DNA of 64,000 nt, from contig NW_024056015.1 of the NCBI RefSeq assembly GCF_902713615.1, positions 62,001 through 126,000 on the forward strand. The letters are read 5' to 3'. Numbering within the stretch: position 1 is the stretch's first letter; the number at the start of each line of letters is the position of its first letter. The position numbers and the translations under genes were made by a program. This DNA is from Scyliorhinus canicula (lineage: Eukaryota). The notes below the pieces were generated by a model that had not been told where the DNA came from, did not search any database, and saw only the letters and a list, made by a program, of their open reading frames with translations. Below, one piece after another: positions 24,649 through 38,959 of this stretch.

Positions 24649-24832
24649 ATGAAATGAAAGAAAACCGCTTATTGTCACGAGTAGTCTTCGATGAAATTAC
24701 TGTGAAAAGCCCCTAGTCGCCACATTCCGGCGCCTGTTCGGGGAGGCTGGTACCGGAATTGAACCGTGCTGCTGGCCTGCCTTGGTCTGCTTTAAAAAAA
24801 AGCGATTTAGCCCAGTGTGCTAAACCAGTCCC
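24649..24832 (-). mobile_element. tRNA-derived SINE (GGGGCTGGTTTAGC family), antisense
   Basis: Reverse complement of the head and tail seen at 16136 and 22973. Confidence 0.78.
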
Positions 24833-25280
24833 TTTCTCCCTCCAACTCGTGCATGATTTTCACTTCTTAAACCTCTAACTTTTACAATTCTGGTGAATAC
24901 ATGCGTCATCTGCCATTGAAACAAATCATAAACTGATAATTGCTTCAGCAATTGGTAGCTATACGAGGGACTGTTAAATAATCGAAATCCGTGCAAACTA
25001 AGCCGTACATTACTCAGTGCCAATCAGGTATAAGAGGCGTGTCAGGTTAAATAGTCAACTCTGGATATCCAAATGAACTCCGAGGGTTCAAGCTGTTCCA
25101 TTTATTTTTATAAACGTTATGATTCCCACTCATCCGACTGGGGCGATCAATAACACTGTCTAGGACTCCTTGGTATTCTTTTTATTTATGAATTTGAAGT
25201 ACCCAATTATTTTTTCTTCCCAATTAAGGGGCAATTTAGCGTGGCCAATCCACTTATCCTGCACATTGCCCCTAACAACA

Positions 25281-26490
25281 ATATATTTCCCAGTGAGGAT
25301 GATGTGAGGTTTGGGGCAAAATTTGCAGGTGTTGGTGGTCCAATGTGTATGCTTCCCTTTCTTCTGTTTGATATAACACCAAGCTCTATGTCAGCTATCA
25401 CTGCAACAGACAGTGCCTCTGTTTGTAATGCACTGTCCTATAATAGATATTCAAATCTATGAAGTACTGACATTGGCGGTGGCTTTTACAGAAGCCAAGG
25501 ACAATTAAAAACCTCCCGATTTAATTTATTCTTATATACCACATGTTTCTCGAAGCTGAATGAAAGCTGCTATGCCAGTTGTGGGGTGCGATGCACGCAG
25601 ACACAGAAACGTGCTCACCACTGCGCCACCATACCGTCCTGACTCCTTGATACACATAACAAACTGGATTAAACAACTCGAATGATAAGTATTTGGAAAT
25701 AACATATAAAGTACTGGATCGTGAACTTAAATATTTCTCACAGATTTGTTTCGAACCACTAGCTTTTGTAGCACAGCTCCTCTTCATCTGAAGCCTGAGG
25801 AAGGAGCTGTGCTCCGAAAGCTAGTGATTCGAACAAACCTGTTGGACTTTGACCTGGTGTTGCAAGATTTCTTATTCTGTTCACCACAGTCCAACGCGGG
25901 CATCTCCAGATCATAAATATTTATCATCTTATTTAGTCACACTGAGAATACAGGGTTTTAAGGAAGTAACTCCTCAGGTGAAATATCATGTAAAATGTGC
26001 ATTCCGTGAGCGTTTGAAAGAAAATATCGTTGCATTTTCATTCATTGCATTTTCATTGCCCATCCCTAATTCCCCTTGGGACGGTAATATTGAGCTTCCT
26101 TCATGAACTAGCTGCGCATGAGGTGTAGGTGCACTGACAGTGCTGTTGGAGAGGTAGTACCTGGACATGGCCCCAACAACAATGTATTTTCCAGTCAGGG
26201 TGATGTGAGGATTGGAGCAAAATTTGCAGGCGTTGGTGTTTCAATGTGTGTGCTTCCCTTTCTTCTGCGACACCAATTATGTTTGATATAACACTGTGCT
26301 ATGCCAACTATTACTGCAAAAGACAGTGCCTCTGTTTGTAATCCACTGTCCGATATACATATTCAACATCTATGCAGTACTGACATTGGAGATAGGTCAT
26401 AAAGAAGCTAATGACAATGCAAAACCTCCAGATTTCATTTATTCTTCCATGCCACATGTTTTCTAAGCTGAGTGAAAGCTGTAATGCCAC
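25281..26490 (+). repeat. Local direct duplication of ~300 bp (25281-25578 and 26181-26490)
   Basis: Shared blocks GCAAAATTTGCAGG, TGCTTCCCTTTCTTCTG, GACAGTGCCTCTGTTTGTAAT, AGTACTGACATTGG, GAAAGCTG in the same order. Confidence 0.8.
25745..25910. mobile_element. Second Penelope-derived inverted pLTR/hammerhead module, more diverged
   Basis: CTGAGGA-A-GGAGC-TGT-GCTCC-GAAAG-CTA at 25795-25823, with an imperfect inverted copy at 25746-25786. Confidence 0.7.
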
Positions 26491-28149
26491 TACACACGAC
26501 AAATGCATTTTACACACGACTGGTCTTAAGTTTTTGTCAATGTGCATTCTCCCTGCATATCACCCTGGGAGCTTTGAATCCGTTACCCGCTCTCTGTTGA
26601 ACAGAGGAGTCCAGGTGGCTTCAGCTTAGATGTAAGGTAGTCACACGTTTGATTGTGTCTAGTTCTGGAAATCAATTCTGTCGTGCTGCTGCAGGGCTGT
26701 TGTCAGAGGAAATAGACTTGGCTGTGCAAAGTGCCTTCAACCATTCATTGGAATCAAGTAGACTGAAGCGAGTTACCTGAATATTGACTTTTGTGAGAAG
26801 AGAAATTGAATAATTTAAAAGGGAATAGTATTTACTGCAGCGGCGCGTACAGTGTTCTAAATTCAAAATTATACAAATAAAACTAGTTCCCCTGGAATGC
26901 GTGGAGGAAGGCTTAATGGGAGAGAATAGATGTGGCATAATTATTGTTATTGCAATTCTACCACTTGCGATGAGGGGGGGGGGGGGGGTCAGTGGAAGGC
27001 TAGTTGTTTTGGGCTGATTGATCATGAGACAAGAGTTGATAACTTAATATTTGCTCTCTAAACATGAGAGGAAATAAAGAGGAAGATTGTAATTAGTGAA
27101 AATAGCACGTTGAAAGAAGATTAAAGTGCAATGGTTGATCCAGTGATTGTGAAAATTGGTCGTATTTTAGGAGATGGAGTTCGGACCTGTGAAGGCGTGG
27201 AAGACTGAAGTTTAATACAATTGTAACCTCTTTTTTCAATTCCAGGTGAGACAGGAAACTGCATTTGAGTCATAATCATACTTGTAAGAAAGGTGGGGAA
27301 ATGGCTTGATTTGGCCTTGAGTAAGAAACATTATACATATCCTAGAGAAACCCAGACTTTGCTGGGGCAAATACATTTAAAAACGGTTATGTCTCCTTAG
27401 TTGACTGAAGTGAGAGACGTTGAAAGAGCAATTATTCAATTTACGAGCAAAGTGACATAGTTAGATGATGCTCTGACGGGTAGAGACAGGTCAGAACATC
27501 ACTAGAAAAAAATAACGGTCTATCCTGGTAGATGATGTCCATGCTGACCATCTAGGGTTGAGGGCCAGAAAACCTGACACTGTCCATAGTGGGGCCAGCA
27601 TTAGATGAGGCGCGGACGGAGGTGGGAAGAAGATGAATTAGACGTTTCAAACATTCAAGCACACTGTACAATACATGTACAAATAGAATGGAATACAAAG
27701 AAAACATCTGGTGCGGACATAGTAATACTGGGTTCAGATAGTCATATGGACAGTGACTGGAGATTTACTGAAGTATAACTTCCAGACCAAATACCAAAAC
27801 AAAAAACAGTGATGCGTAAACCTGAGTAAAAATCAAATATTCTGGGAGCTTGTCGCTGGGCCCCTCGCACCTGAGTACGAGATACTAAGAGACCCGCTCT
27901 TAATTTTCATTTTTTTCTGGTTTATTTCAAGTCACCCAATAATTCAGCGAAGTTCCCCAGCCCATTATGACAACAAATGTGTTAAGCTGCACCTTCCGCG
28001 GCACTCATTCTGAATTGAATCTCGTCGACTGAAAGTATAAATTTGCTTGTTGGAGTAAAGTTATTGGCGTTGTCACAGTGAACATAATCGTTTTCATATG
28101 TCTTCACTACACTGAACCTTGCTGAAGTAGATCTGCTCCCGCGTATGGG

Positions 28150-31100
28150 GAGTTTTCTTTATTCATTTACGGGATGTGGGAGTCGCTGGTTAGGCCAGCA
28201 TTTATTGCCCATCCCTAGTTGCCCTTCAGAAGGCGGTGGTGAGTTGCCTTATTGAACCGCTGCAGTTCTTAAAGCACAGGTACACCAATGTGCTGTTAGG
28301 GAGGGAGTTTCAGAATGTTGCCTCAGCGACAGTGAAGGAGTGGCAATATATTTCCAAGTCAGGGTGGTGAGGGATTTGTAGGGATATTCCTGGTGGTGGC
28401 GTCCCCAGGTATCTGCGCTCTTGTCCTTCTAGGCGATAGTGGTCGTTGGTTTGGAAGGTGTTGTCTAAGGAACCTTGGTAAGTCGCTGCAGTGCATCGTG
28501 TAGATGGTACACACGGCTGCCACTGTTTGTCGGTGTGGAGGGTTTGAATCTTTGGAAGGGGAACAATCAAACGGTCTGCTTTGTCCTGAATGGTGTCAAG
28601 CTGATTGAGTGATGCTGGAGTTGCACTCATCTAGGCAAGCGGAGAGTATTCCATTTCACTTCTGGCGTGTGCCTTGCAGATGGTGGACAGGCTTTGGGGT
28701 GGGGTGGGGTGTTAAGAGATCAGTTACTCACCGTAGGACTCCGAGTCTTTGACCTGTCCTGGTACACACAGTATCAATGTAGCTAGTTCAGTTCAGGTTC
28801 TGATCAATGGTAACCCCCAGGATGTTGATTGAGGTGGATTCAGCGGTGGTAATGCCATCGAATGTCATGGTGCAGTGCTTAGATACTCTCTTGGAGAACA
28901 TGGTCATTGCCTGGCACTTGTGTGCGCAAAGATAACTTGCCACTTGTCAGCCCAAGCCTGGATATTTTTACGGTCTTGCTACATTTGGGCATAGACTGCT
29001 TCATTATCTGAGGAGTCACGAATGGTGCTGAACATTGTGCAGTCATCCACAAACATCCCCATTTCTGGAAGGGAGGTAATTTATGAAACAGCTGATATTT
29101 GGGCCCAGGGCACTACCCTGAGGAACTCCAGGCGGTGGAGTTCCCGGGTATCTGATGCACTTCTCCTTCGAGATGCTAGTGGTCGTGCGTTTGGAAGGTG
29201 TTGTCAAGGAACCTTGGTGAGTCCCTGCAGTGCATCTTGCAGATGGTACACACGGCTGCCACTGTTCGTCGCTGGTGAGGGGCTTGAATGTTTGTGGAAG
29301 TGGAAGCAATCACGCAGGCTCCTTTGTCCTACACGGTATCGAGTGATGACCTGGAAATGAGATTATTGACCTCCAACCACCACAACCATCTTCCTTTGTG
29401 CCAGGTTTGACTTAACCAGCGAAGAGTACCCCCCACACACACCGCCCCCCCCCCCCACCCCGATTCCCATTGACTCCAGGATTGCTATGGTTCCTTGATG
29501 CCATACTTGGTCAAATACTGCCTTGATGTCAAGGGCAGTCATTCTCTCCTCACCTCTCGCATTCAGCTCTTTTGGCCATATTTCAACCAAGGCTGTAATG
29601 AGGTCAGAAGCTGAGTGACCATGGGGGAACCCAAACTGAGCCTCCCTGAGCAGGTAATTGCTGGGTAAGTACTGCTTGATAGCGCCGTTGATGACTCCTT
29701 CCATCACTTTGCTGATGCTGGAGAGTAGTCTGATAGGGTGGTAATTGGGTGGATAGGGTTTGTCCTGTTTCTTGTTCACAACACAAACGGGCAACTTTTT
29801 GCATTACTGGGTAGTTCCAGGCTTATATTTGTACTTGAACAGCTTGGGGGTGCGGCACGTTCTGGAGCACAAGTCTTCAGTACTATTGCCGGAATATTGT
29901 CGGGGCCCATAGCCTTTGCAGTGTCCAGTGACGTCAGCCATTTTTTCTTATTGGCTGAAGACTGACATCTGTCATGCTGGGGACATGGACATAGAAATAG
30001 ACGTAGAATTTACAATGCAGAAGGAGGCCATTTGGCCCATCGAGTCTGCACCGACGCTTCGAAAGGGAACCCTACTTGAGCTCAGACTTCCACCCTACCT
30101 ATCTCCGTAATCCTCCGAATCGTTTTTGACACTAAGGGCAATTTAGCATGGCCAATCCACCTAACCTGCACATTTTTGTACTGTGGGAGGAAACTGGAGC
30201 ACGCGCAGAAACCGACGCAGACATGGAGAGAACATGCAGACTCTTCACAGACAGTAATGCATGCCAGAAATCGAACCTGGGACACTGGAGCTGTGAAGCC
30301 GCAGTTCTAACCATTTAGATACCTTGCCGCCCCTTCATACCTCAGGAAGAGACTGAGATCGATCATCTACTCGGCACGTCTGGCTGAAAATTGTTGCGAC
30401 TGCCTCGGACTTTGTATTTTGCACATATGTGCTGGGCTCCTCCATCATTGAGGATGAGGGTATTTGTGGAGTCTCCTCCTCAAGTAGTTGTTTAATTGTT
30501 CACCATCTTTCACGGCTGAATGTGGCAGGTTTACAGAGCTTAGATCTGATGTGTTCATTGTGAAATCGCTTATCTCTCTCTATTACTTGCTGCTTATAAT
30601 GTTTGGCACACAAGTCGTCCTGTGTTGTAGCTTCATCGGGTAGACACCACATTTTTTGGTATGCCTAGTGCAGCTCCTGGCATGCCCTCCTGCACTCTTC
30701 ATTGAATCAGAGATGATTCCCTGGCTTGGCGTTAATGGTAGAGTGGGGATATGCCGCACCATGTTTGTGGTTGCAGTTTGTGGTTGAGTACAATTCTGCT
30801 GCTGATGATGGCCCACAGTGCCCCATGGATGGCCAGTCTTGCGTTGCCAGATCAGTTCGAAGTCTTGGGCTGCACAGTAGCACAGTAATTTGCACTGCTG
30901 CCTCACAGCTCTAGGGTCCTAGGTTCAATTCCAGCGTCGGGTTACTACCTGTCTGGAGTTTGAACTTTCTCCCCGTGTATGAGCAGGTTTCCTCCGGGTC
31001 CTCTGTTTCCCTGCCACTGTCCAAAGAACTGCAAGTTTGGTGGATTGGCCATGCTAAATTGCCCCTTAGTGTCCAAGCATTGGCTGGGGTTACTGGGTTA

Positions 31101-33560
31101 CGGGGATCGGGTGGAGGTGAAGGTTGAAGAGAGGTGCTCTTTCCAAAGGCCTGTGCAGAATCGATGGGTAGAATTGCCTCCTTCTGCACTGTAAATTCTC
31201 TGATTCTATGGTTGTATCCAATTTAGCACGGTGCTAGTGCCACACAACCCGATAGAGGCCATCCTCAATGTGTAGACATGACTTTGTCCACACAAGGACT
31301 GTGCGATGGTCACTTCTGACGAAACTGCCATGCACCGATATACCTGCAGCAGGCAGATTGGTGAGGATGAGGCCGAATATGTTTTTCCCTCTTGTTCCTT
31401 CCCTCCCCACCTGCTGCAGTCCCAGTCTGGCAGGTATAGAATCATAGAATCATAGAATCATAGAATTTACAGTCAGAAGGAGGCCATTCGGCCCATCGCG
31501 TCTGCACCGGCCCTTTGAAAGGGCACCCTATTTAAGCCCCCGCCTCAACTCCATCCCCATAACCCAGTAACCCCACCTAACGCGAATCAACCTAACCTGC
31601 ATATCTTTGGAATGTGGGAGGTATTGTGAAAACTCGGAAGAATATGACATTTGAAACATGAAAGTGACACTGAGAGTGCCTGAGGCTTTATGAATCAAAG
31701 GGAGATGGCCCACAAGGGGTTAAAGGCAGCAGCCTGTTTTGAAAACAGACAACTTCACAGACAGGAAAGAAAACAGATAGGAGCTTCATTATAATCTATA
31801 AATTAGAAAAGTCCTTTGACTGACTTAAACTCTCAAACGTTATATGAAAGGAAACAGTACTTCACAAATCTTTAAGCAATGGATTTTATTGAAGAATTAA
31901 GGAAGGCAGCCAGAATCAAAAGTGTAAAGATAAGGAACAACTGCCAAGTATGGAAAGATGCTGATACCGGTAATAAAGTGAAACAACTGATTTACAAATT
32001 AAGAAAATTAAAAGGTGACAAGGCCACACTATAGCTTATAACTTTTTGAAGTTAAAACCTTGTAGAAGATTAACAAGGCAGATAAAGTTAGAGTGAGAAG
32101 GGATAACCCAAACATGACATTAGCTTAACCCAATAATGACCCGGGTCGAATCTGAGAAAGCTCATTAAAAAAGACATAAATCCAAAAAAGGGCTAACTAA
32201 GACACAAACAAATTAATTACATGTCAAGCAAAGCGAGAAAGTTACAGTCAGGAATGGCGAGCTGGTGAGGAGGAAGCTGCGCTGTCTCAATTAAAGTAGC
32301 GCCACGCTACTTTAAAACTTAGCTTTCAAACTGTCAAGCAGGCCGTCTGAAGGGTGCCAGGTGGAGAGGTTAAGGGGCCCCAAATTACTATAAAAACTGG
32401 GGAAAATGAACGGACAGTTGAATCTTCCTCGGTGATGGGACGAGCACCCTCGACAGACCGAGCAGCCCAGAGAAGTGAACAGAAGACCAAAAGTTAAAGA
32501 AAACTGATTGTCAAGAGAGACTTGAAGGTCTGCAACTTGTCCGAACAAGATAAGATCTTTTTAACTTTCTGTAAAAGTAGTTATTATCTTTTAACTTGAA
32601 AATAAAGTTAAGCTCAAATTGATAACCTGAAAGAGTGGTTATTATTATTTTCTTTAAAAAGTTTACTTTACTTCACTTAGAAAGCTGGACCCGCGTATAA
32701 GTTACTAAGTGGCAAGTAAATAAAATTCTTCTCCGAAGATACGGGTTATACCGGGGGATAGCTTGAAACACTAGTTTGACCTGAATAGCACCCGCCAAAG
32801 TCTGTGTAGGAGTCAGTGAGTGAGAATCCCTGCTCACCATCTAGAATAAATCGACCCTTGTTGGTATAGGGGGAATTCTAAGGATAGTGGTGAGGTAAAA
32901 ACTACAGAGGAAACCGGAGCACCCGGAGGAACCGCACGCACACACGGGAGAGCGTGCAGGCTCTACACAGGCAGTGACCCAAGCCGGGAATCGAACCAGG
33001 ACCCTGGAGCTGTGAAGCAACTGTGCTAACCACTGTGCTACCGTGCTGCCCACAATGTCCTTTAGGACCCGGCCAGCTCAGTCTGTTGTGGTACTACTCA
33101 GCCATTCTTGGTGATCGACATCGAAGTCCCCCACCCAGATCATATTCTGCGCCATTGCTACCCTCAGTGTTTCCTCCAAGTGGCATTCATCATAGAGGAG
33201 TACTGATTCATCAGCGGGTCGTTGCCGATACTTCGTAATTAGCAGGAGGTTTCCTTACCCAGTTTAAGCTGTCGCTATGAGCCTTCATGTGGCCTAGAAT
33301 CGATGTTGAGGACTCCCAGGGCAGCATTCTCCCGACTGTAAACAACGGTTCGGCACTTCTGCTGGGTCTGTCCTGCTGGTGAGACAGGACATACCCAGTA
33401 CGGATAGATCTGGTGATATTGAACGGATGCAGGCCAGGTTTAGTATGTACACGCGGGTTGTAACCAAACTGCTGACATTCCATTGAGCAGGACTTGTCAA
33501 TACCTAACACATCTGTGTAAAACTGGATATTTTCGCTCTGAAATTAAGTATGATGATGTC
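28150..33560 (-). mobile_element. Fragmented L2/CR1-superfamily LINE(s) interrupted by several SINEs and other inserts
   Basis: NYHPIRLLSSISKVME..AQFGF..LDIKAVFDQVWH at 29363-29794, GVPQGSALGP near 29100, 3' end GGGCAATAAATGCTGGCC at ~28200; related pieces at 30370-30870, 31210-31430, 33050-33560. Confidence 0.7.
31660..32830 (+). mobile_element. Possible solo LTR
   Basis: ~1.2 kb non-coding insert inside the LINE with TATA-like CTATAAAAA (~32389) and a downstream AATAAA; termini not firmly defined. Confidence 0.3.
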
Positions 33561-34326
33561 CACAAATTTCTGGGCAACCGGAGCTTTACCTCCTGAATGT
33601 AAAGGCAATAACCTGGGAAAGTTCATACGGAATATATTCATAAAGACGTGAAACTGTGCATCCATGATCTAGCCACACCACTCTGGGCCTGTCGATATTG
33701 AATAGATTTAGATTAGATTGAGATTTATTGTCACGTGTACAAAGGTGCAGTGAAAGGAGAGTTCTACTCACAGTCTAGGCAGATAATTACATACATGAAA
33801 AACATAGGTAATATAATAAATACACTATGTAAATACATGGCCAGAGACATCGGGTGAAGCATATGGGAGCATATGTTTTCGAATATACAAACGGATGGGT
33901 AAATTTTGGGCTCTTCTATGTGAGAGATTTGGAACCAAGTTACAGCTTTTGAATTGATCTGGATTTTGAACTTTTTGTGTGTTTTGCTCGGAATATTTGC
34001 ATCTCTGAGCTCAGTTAGAAGTGGACAGCAGTTATTTGTCCTGACACCAATATCCAGGCAGTTATTGTTTAAGTCCAGGATGCTCGACGAATTTCTGGCT
34101 ATTTCCAATTAGGGGATTGTGTGATTTCATTTTTTTAAAAACACATTGCATTCCATAAAAAATAAGCATCAATGGGTAGCAGCTGCACTGAGTCGTTTGT
34201 CACAATAAATGCTAATAATGTGTTTTAAAAAACAATCTAATCAATTCCCTGGAGCCGCATATAAATCACCTATAAATGTTGCATTGTCTTGTGTCATGCA
34301 GAACGCACCCAGAGCTCCTGGTAGAA

Positions 34327-37300
34327 ATGCATGTACCACCAAAAGGTCTGGTGTTTGCCATTTATTATCCTGTCCTTGCAGTTATCGGGGTTCCAGGTAA
34401 AGTATTGTAGTTTTAATTTTGTTATCATATAAATTACTTATTCGGCTGCACGATTTTCGAATTGTATCAGCAGCGTCTCCCCACGATTCAGTTTTCGTAT
34501 CTACGATTTCCTATCATACATTTAAACGTATGCATTCTTCCAGTCCACTGACAATTTTTCCTCTTTGATAGGATCATTTGATCAATTTTGAAGTGATGAT
34601 TTCATATTAATGATATAATAACTTGCATCCAATGGCGCAGTTTCTTGGACCTAACGGTGAACTATAGAATTTACTCTGCAGTAGAGGGCCATCCGGGCCA
34701 CCCAGTCTGCACAGGCCCTTGGAAAGAGCACCCGAATTAAGCTCACGCCTCCACTCTACCCATAACCCAGTAACCCCACCAAAACTTTTCGGACACTCAC
34801 TGGGCTAAATAGCTGGCTTTGAAAGCAGACAAAGGCAAGCCAGCAGAACGGTTCGATTCCCGTAACAGCCTCCCCGAACACGCGCTGGAATGTGGCGACT
34901 AGGGGCTTTTCACAGTAACTTCATTTGAAGCCTACTCGTGACAATAAGCTATTTTATTTCAGTTTTCAATTTAGCATGGCCAATCCAACTAACCTGCGCA
35001 TCTTTGGACTGTGAGAGGAAAATGGACCACCCGAAAGAAATGTACGCAGACACGGGGAGAAAGTGCAAATTCCACGCAGTCACCCGAGGCTGGAATTGAA
35101 CCCGTGTCCCTAGAACTGTGTGGCAGCACTGCCAACCACTGTGCCACCGTGCCGCCCCTTAACAGGGTTTTTTCACCCCTTAAATGGAAGAGCGTTGTCA
35201 AATTATAATGTAACTCCTTCAACTGCGTGTTTTTATCTACGACCTGTACCATGTTTTCGCTTCTGCTGCACCAGCGCCCCCCCCCCCCCCCCCCTCCCTG
35301 CCGCAACACTACATCCACCAGTCCAATTTACCGCTGCTATCTCAAGTTGGAAACGCAGTTATATTGTGTTCTTGAAATGCTATTATCGGAGGATTAACAC
35401 AAAGTTATTATGTTGTAAATGTAGTTCGGTACTGCACTGACACAGCGTTCATCTGAATTTTCACTCAAATACCACAGCACAAATACAATTCAGTGGTGTT
35501 ATTCGAATGGTGTTATTGAAGAATGACATGGTCCTTCCAGTGCAAATGGTGTTAACGCTCCTATTGTAGTGCGTGAATTATCACATTGATACTCAGTGTG
35601 GGTGGCACGGGGTAGCATAGTGGTTAGCACTGTTGCTTCCCTGCGCCAGGGGCCCGGGTTCGATTCACGGCTTGGGTCACTGTCTGTGTGGCGTCTGCAC
35701 GTTCTCCCCGTGTCTGCGTGGGTTTTCTCTGGGTGCGCCTCCCACTGACAAAAGATGTGCGTGTTAGGTCACGCTAAATTGCGCCATAGTGTCCAAACAT
35801 TAGGTGGGGTTACTGTTGAGGTGTGGGTTTAGGTCAGGTTGCTTTTCAGGGGTCGGCGTAGACTCGTTTTGTATGAAAAAGTGAAAACTGCTTATTGTCA
35901 CAAGCAGGCTTCAAATGAAGTTACTGTGAAAAGCCCCTAGTCGCCGCATTCCGGCGCCTGTTCGGGGAGGCTGGTACGGGAATTGAACTGTGCTGCTGGC
36001 CTGCCGTAGTCTGCTTTCAAAGCTAGCTATTTGGCCCTGCGCTAAACCAACCTCTGTACTGTAAATTGTATGATTCTCAGTTATGAGGGTGTAATGCTAG
36101 ATATTTTGAGTTGCTGACATTGACAGTGATGGATTGATTCGTATAAACGATCCAATATTTGAGCAGATGGAATCATTGGTAATTTGCTGACTAACACAAT
36201 AGAGCATGTTATTGAACAGACTTTATATGGCTTTATTTCAGTTTTTTGACAGAGGTGCGGGAATGTCAAATTTCAAAGGTGGCGATTTGGTGAAAGATGT
36301 CCCTAATTAACAGGGTACAGGGTGCTTTTTCCCTAGTCTCGAACATTTACTGAACAAGCGGGCACTTCTCTCCATTACTTTTTTCACTGTGTTCTCTATG
36401 TTTACTGAGGCCCTATAACAGGCGGCATTTTTTGCATCAAATGCAAATACTGCTGAGGTCAAATATCCCCTGCAGGTCATATTTGCTCACTGGTCCCCAC
36501 AATGAGTGTAGCAACCTATCCATTTGTGACTTCGTCGGTAATTACCAGATAATAGTCGACCGTAGGACTGCATCCTCTCAAACTTCCTTCTGGAAATTCA
36601 GAGAAACGCCGATTTTCCATTCCCCATTGGATTGAAGATGGTTTTGGAGAAATTGACTGCAGGTGTTTCCAACAGTGAATAATTTAACCATAATTGATCA
36701 GATGGCACAACTTCTGAAATCGAGATAGAAGAATCTTTCCCGTTGAATTTTACAATGATCTCTTATGATTTCCTATTCAGTCTGTTCGATAATAGTTTGC
36801 TGACTACGCCTATGGCTGCTTTGATGGGATTTCGACGTATTATTTTTCTCCATTATATTTCATTGTATTGTTGTACAGTCCTATTTTGCTGTTTCAGCTT
36901 TCTTTTAAGTTCTGTGATTATTTTAGTGGAATCGGAAATACGGGATCACGTCGCAAACGTTTAAATTTCATGCACAATCTTGCTAAAGCATAATTTTTTT
37001 CGAAGACGGAAAGGCAACATGTTTTCTCTCGTGTTGTCTCACACATTCTCCGTTTCTTTTTCTCTCTTTGTTTCCGTTACAGCTAATTTGGCAGTGATTG
37101 TGATCCTATATCGAAGAAGCTGTGGCCTCTCCAGATGTATAGCTTACTACGTGGTGTCCATGGCGGTGACGGATCTCTTGGTCATTATCACAAGTGTGAT
37201 ATTAAGCCGGATTGCTGGTATTTATTTCCCAGGCAGTTTCCTGTCGATCACACCAATATGCAGTCTGCATGTTGCGATAATCTACGCAACAATTGACAGT

Positions 37301-37993
37301 TCTGCCTGGTTAACGGTTGCTTTCACCTTTGACCGATTTGTGGCCATTTGCTGCCAGAAGCTAAAAATAAAGTACTGCACGGAGAAGACAGCGGCATGCG
37401 TCATTGGGACTGTCTGCACATTGAGCTCCCTGAAAACTTCCTTTCTGTATTTTATTTTTGAACCGTTGTACGTAATTAATAACATTCCCTGGTTCTGCGT
37501 TATAAAACAATTATTTTACACATCTCCCGCATGGGATGCGTATGATTTGTTTCGAACAATTTCAATGCCCTGTATCCCATTCATTCTGATTTTACTCTTC
37601 AATGTTCTGACTGTCAGACACATTCTAGCAGCCAATAGGGCCCGCAGGAGACTCCGGGCCCAGAGTAATGGAGAGAACCAGAGTGATCCAGAGATGGAGA
37701 AGCGAAGAAAGTCAATTGTTTTACTCTTTGCCATCTCAGGCAGTTTCATTCTCTTATATTCGTTATTTTTTGTCACGATCCCTTATGTCCGAATTGCAAA
37801 AGTTCCTTATTTCTCAGTTCCTGATATTAGTGAATCTTCATTTATCTTGGAGGAAAGTGGATATATGCTTCAGTTTTTGAGTTCTTGCATCAACCCTTTT
37901 ATTTATGCAGGGACCCAGAGCAATTTCAGAGCCGAGTTAAAGAATGGGGTGAATTATCCACTGAGATTATGCGTTAAATTGTTTAATATTTGA
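34327..37993 (+). CDS. Class A GPCR, GPR139/GPR142-like; two exons join(34327..34396,37083..37993), 326 aa
   Basis: Exon 1 MHVPPKGLVFAIYYPVLAVIGVP + GTAAAG donor; acceptor GTTACAG; exon 2 ANLAVIVIL..TDLLVI..FTFDRFVAIC..INPFIY; 981 nt in frame with no internal stop; seven hydrophobic segments. Confidence 0.9.
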
Positions 37994-38959
37994 TAATATA
38001 TATTGGAAGATGCATTTTTCATTAAACTCCAACAATTTCTCGAATTCTCAGTGCCTCACAAAGACTCCCTTCCCAGGTGCTCTTGTTCAGAGACATGTAC
38101 ACAATATGCTAATATAAGAAAATAAGGAAAACTGCATCACCGGGAAAAAAAATCTCGTTTTGTAAACTGGATAATTTTCTTTGCAATGCACGTTTCCTGA
38201 TGCCGTGTGGATCTAGTCGTCAGGATTCAGCTGCCTCACAACTTCTACCCCATTTTGATTAATATAGTCAACTAATAGCGACGATTTCCATTTTCTCCAA
38301 ATATAATGTTATGACTGAAGGGAAATGCAAAACGGTCCTCCCACAATCGGTGGAGTGAGAGTTGAACATATGAACAAGGGGTAGAAATAGCCTAATCAGC
38401 CTATACAACGCGATCCGCCATTTAATAAGATCATGGCTGATCTGATAGAAACCGCAAACCTGGACTTCGCCTGCTCCGGAAAACCCATCACCCACTTGCT
38501 TACCAATAATCGATCCACCCCGCCTTTAAAATGTTGATAGCCTTTGCTTTCATCGCCTAATCAGAGTTTTAAACACTCACGCCCCTCCGAGCGAAAAGAA
38601 AATTGCCTCATATCCGTTGCACATGGGTGACACCTTGCACCTTAGCAGTGACCCTTTCCCGCCCCCACGCACACCCCCCGACCCAAGCCTACGCATTCCT
38701 TATTTAATCTGTCAGGACCCCGAAGGATATAATACGTCACAATCAAATCCCCTCTACCCTTCTAAATTCCAGCAGGTATAAGGCTAGCTTGTCCAACCTT
38801 TCCCCTGAAGCCATCGCACCCATTACATGTATTAATGTGATAAACCTCCATTGAACTTCAGAAGCCCAGTTACATCTTTCCTGAAAACGATGACCTATAC
38901 TGCACACAGTACTCCTGATGGTGTCACTGGTGCCCTGCACAGCTGAAATGTCATTTCCT

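Noticed and set aside
28074-28112. Isolated CACAGTG heptamer
   Set aside because: No nonamer at 12 or 23 nt and no adjacent coding segment
33920-33960. J-like peptide FGTKLQLL
   Set aside because: Lacks the FGxG motif, an upstream RSS and a splice donor
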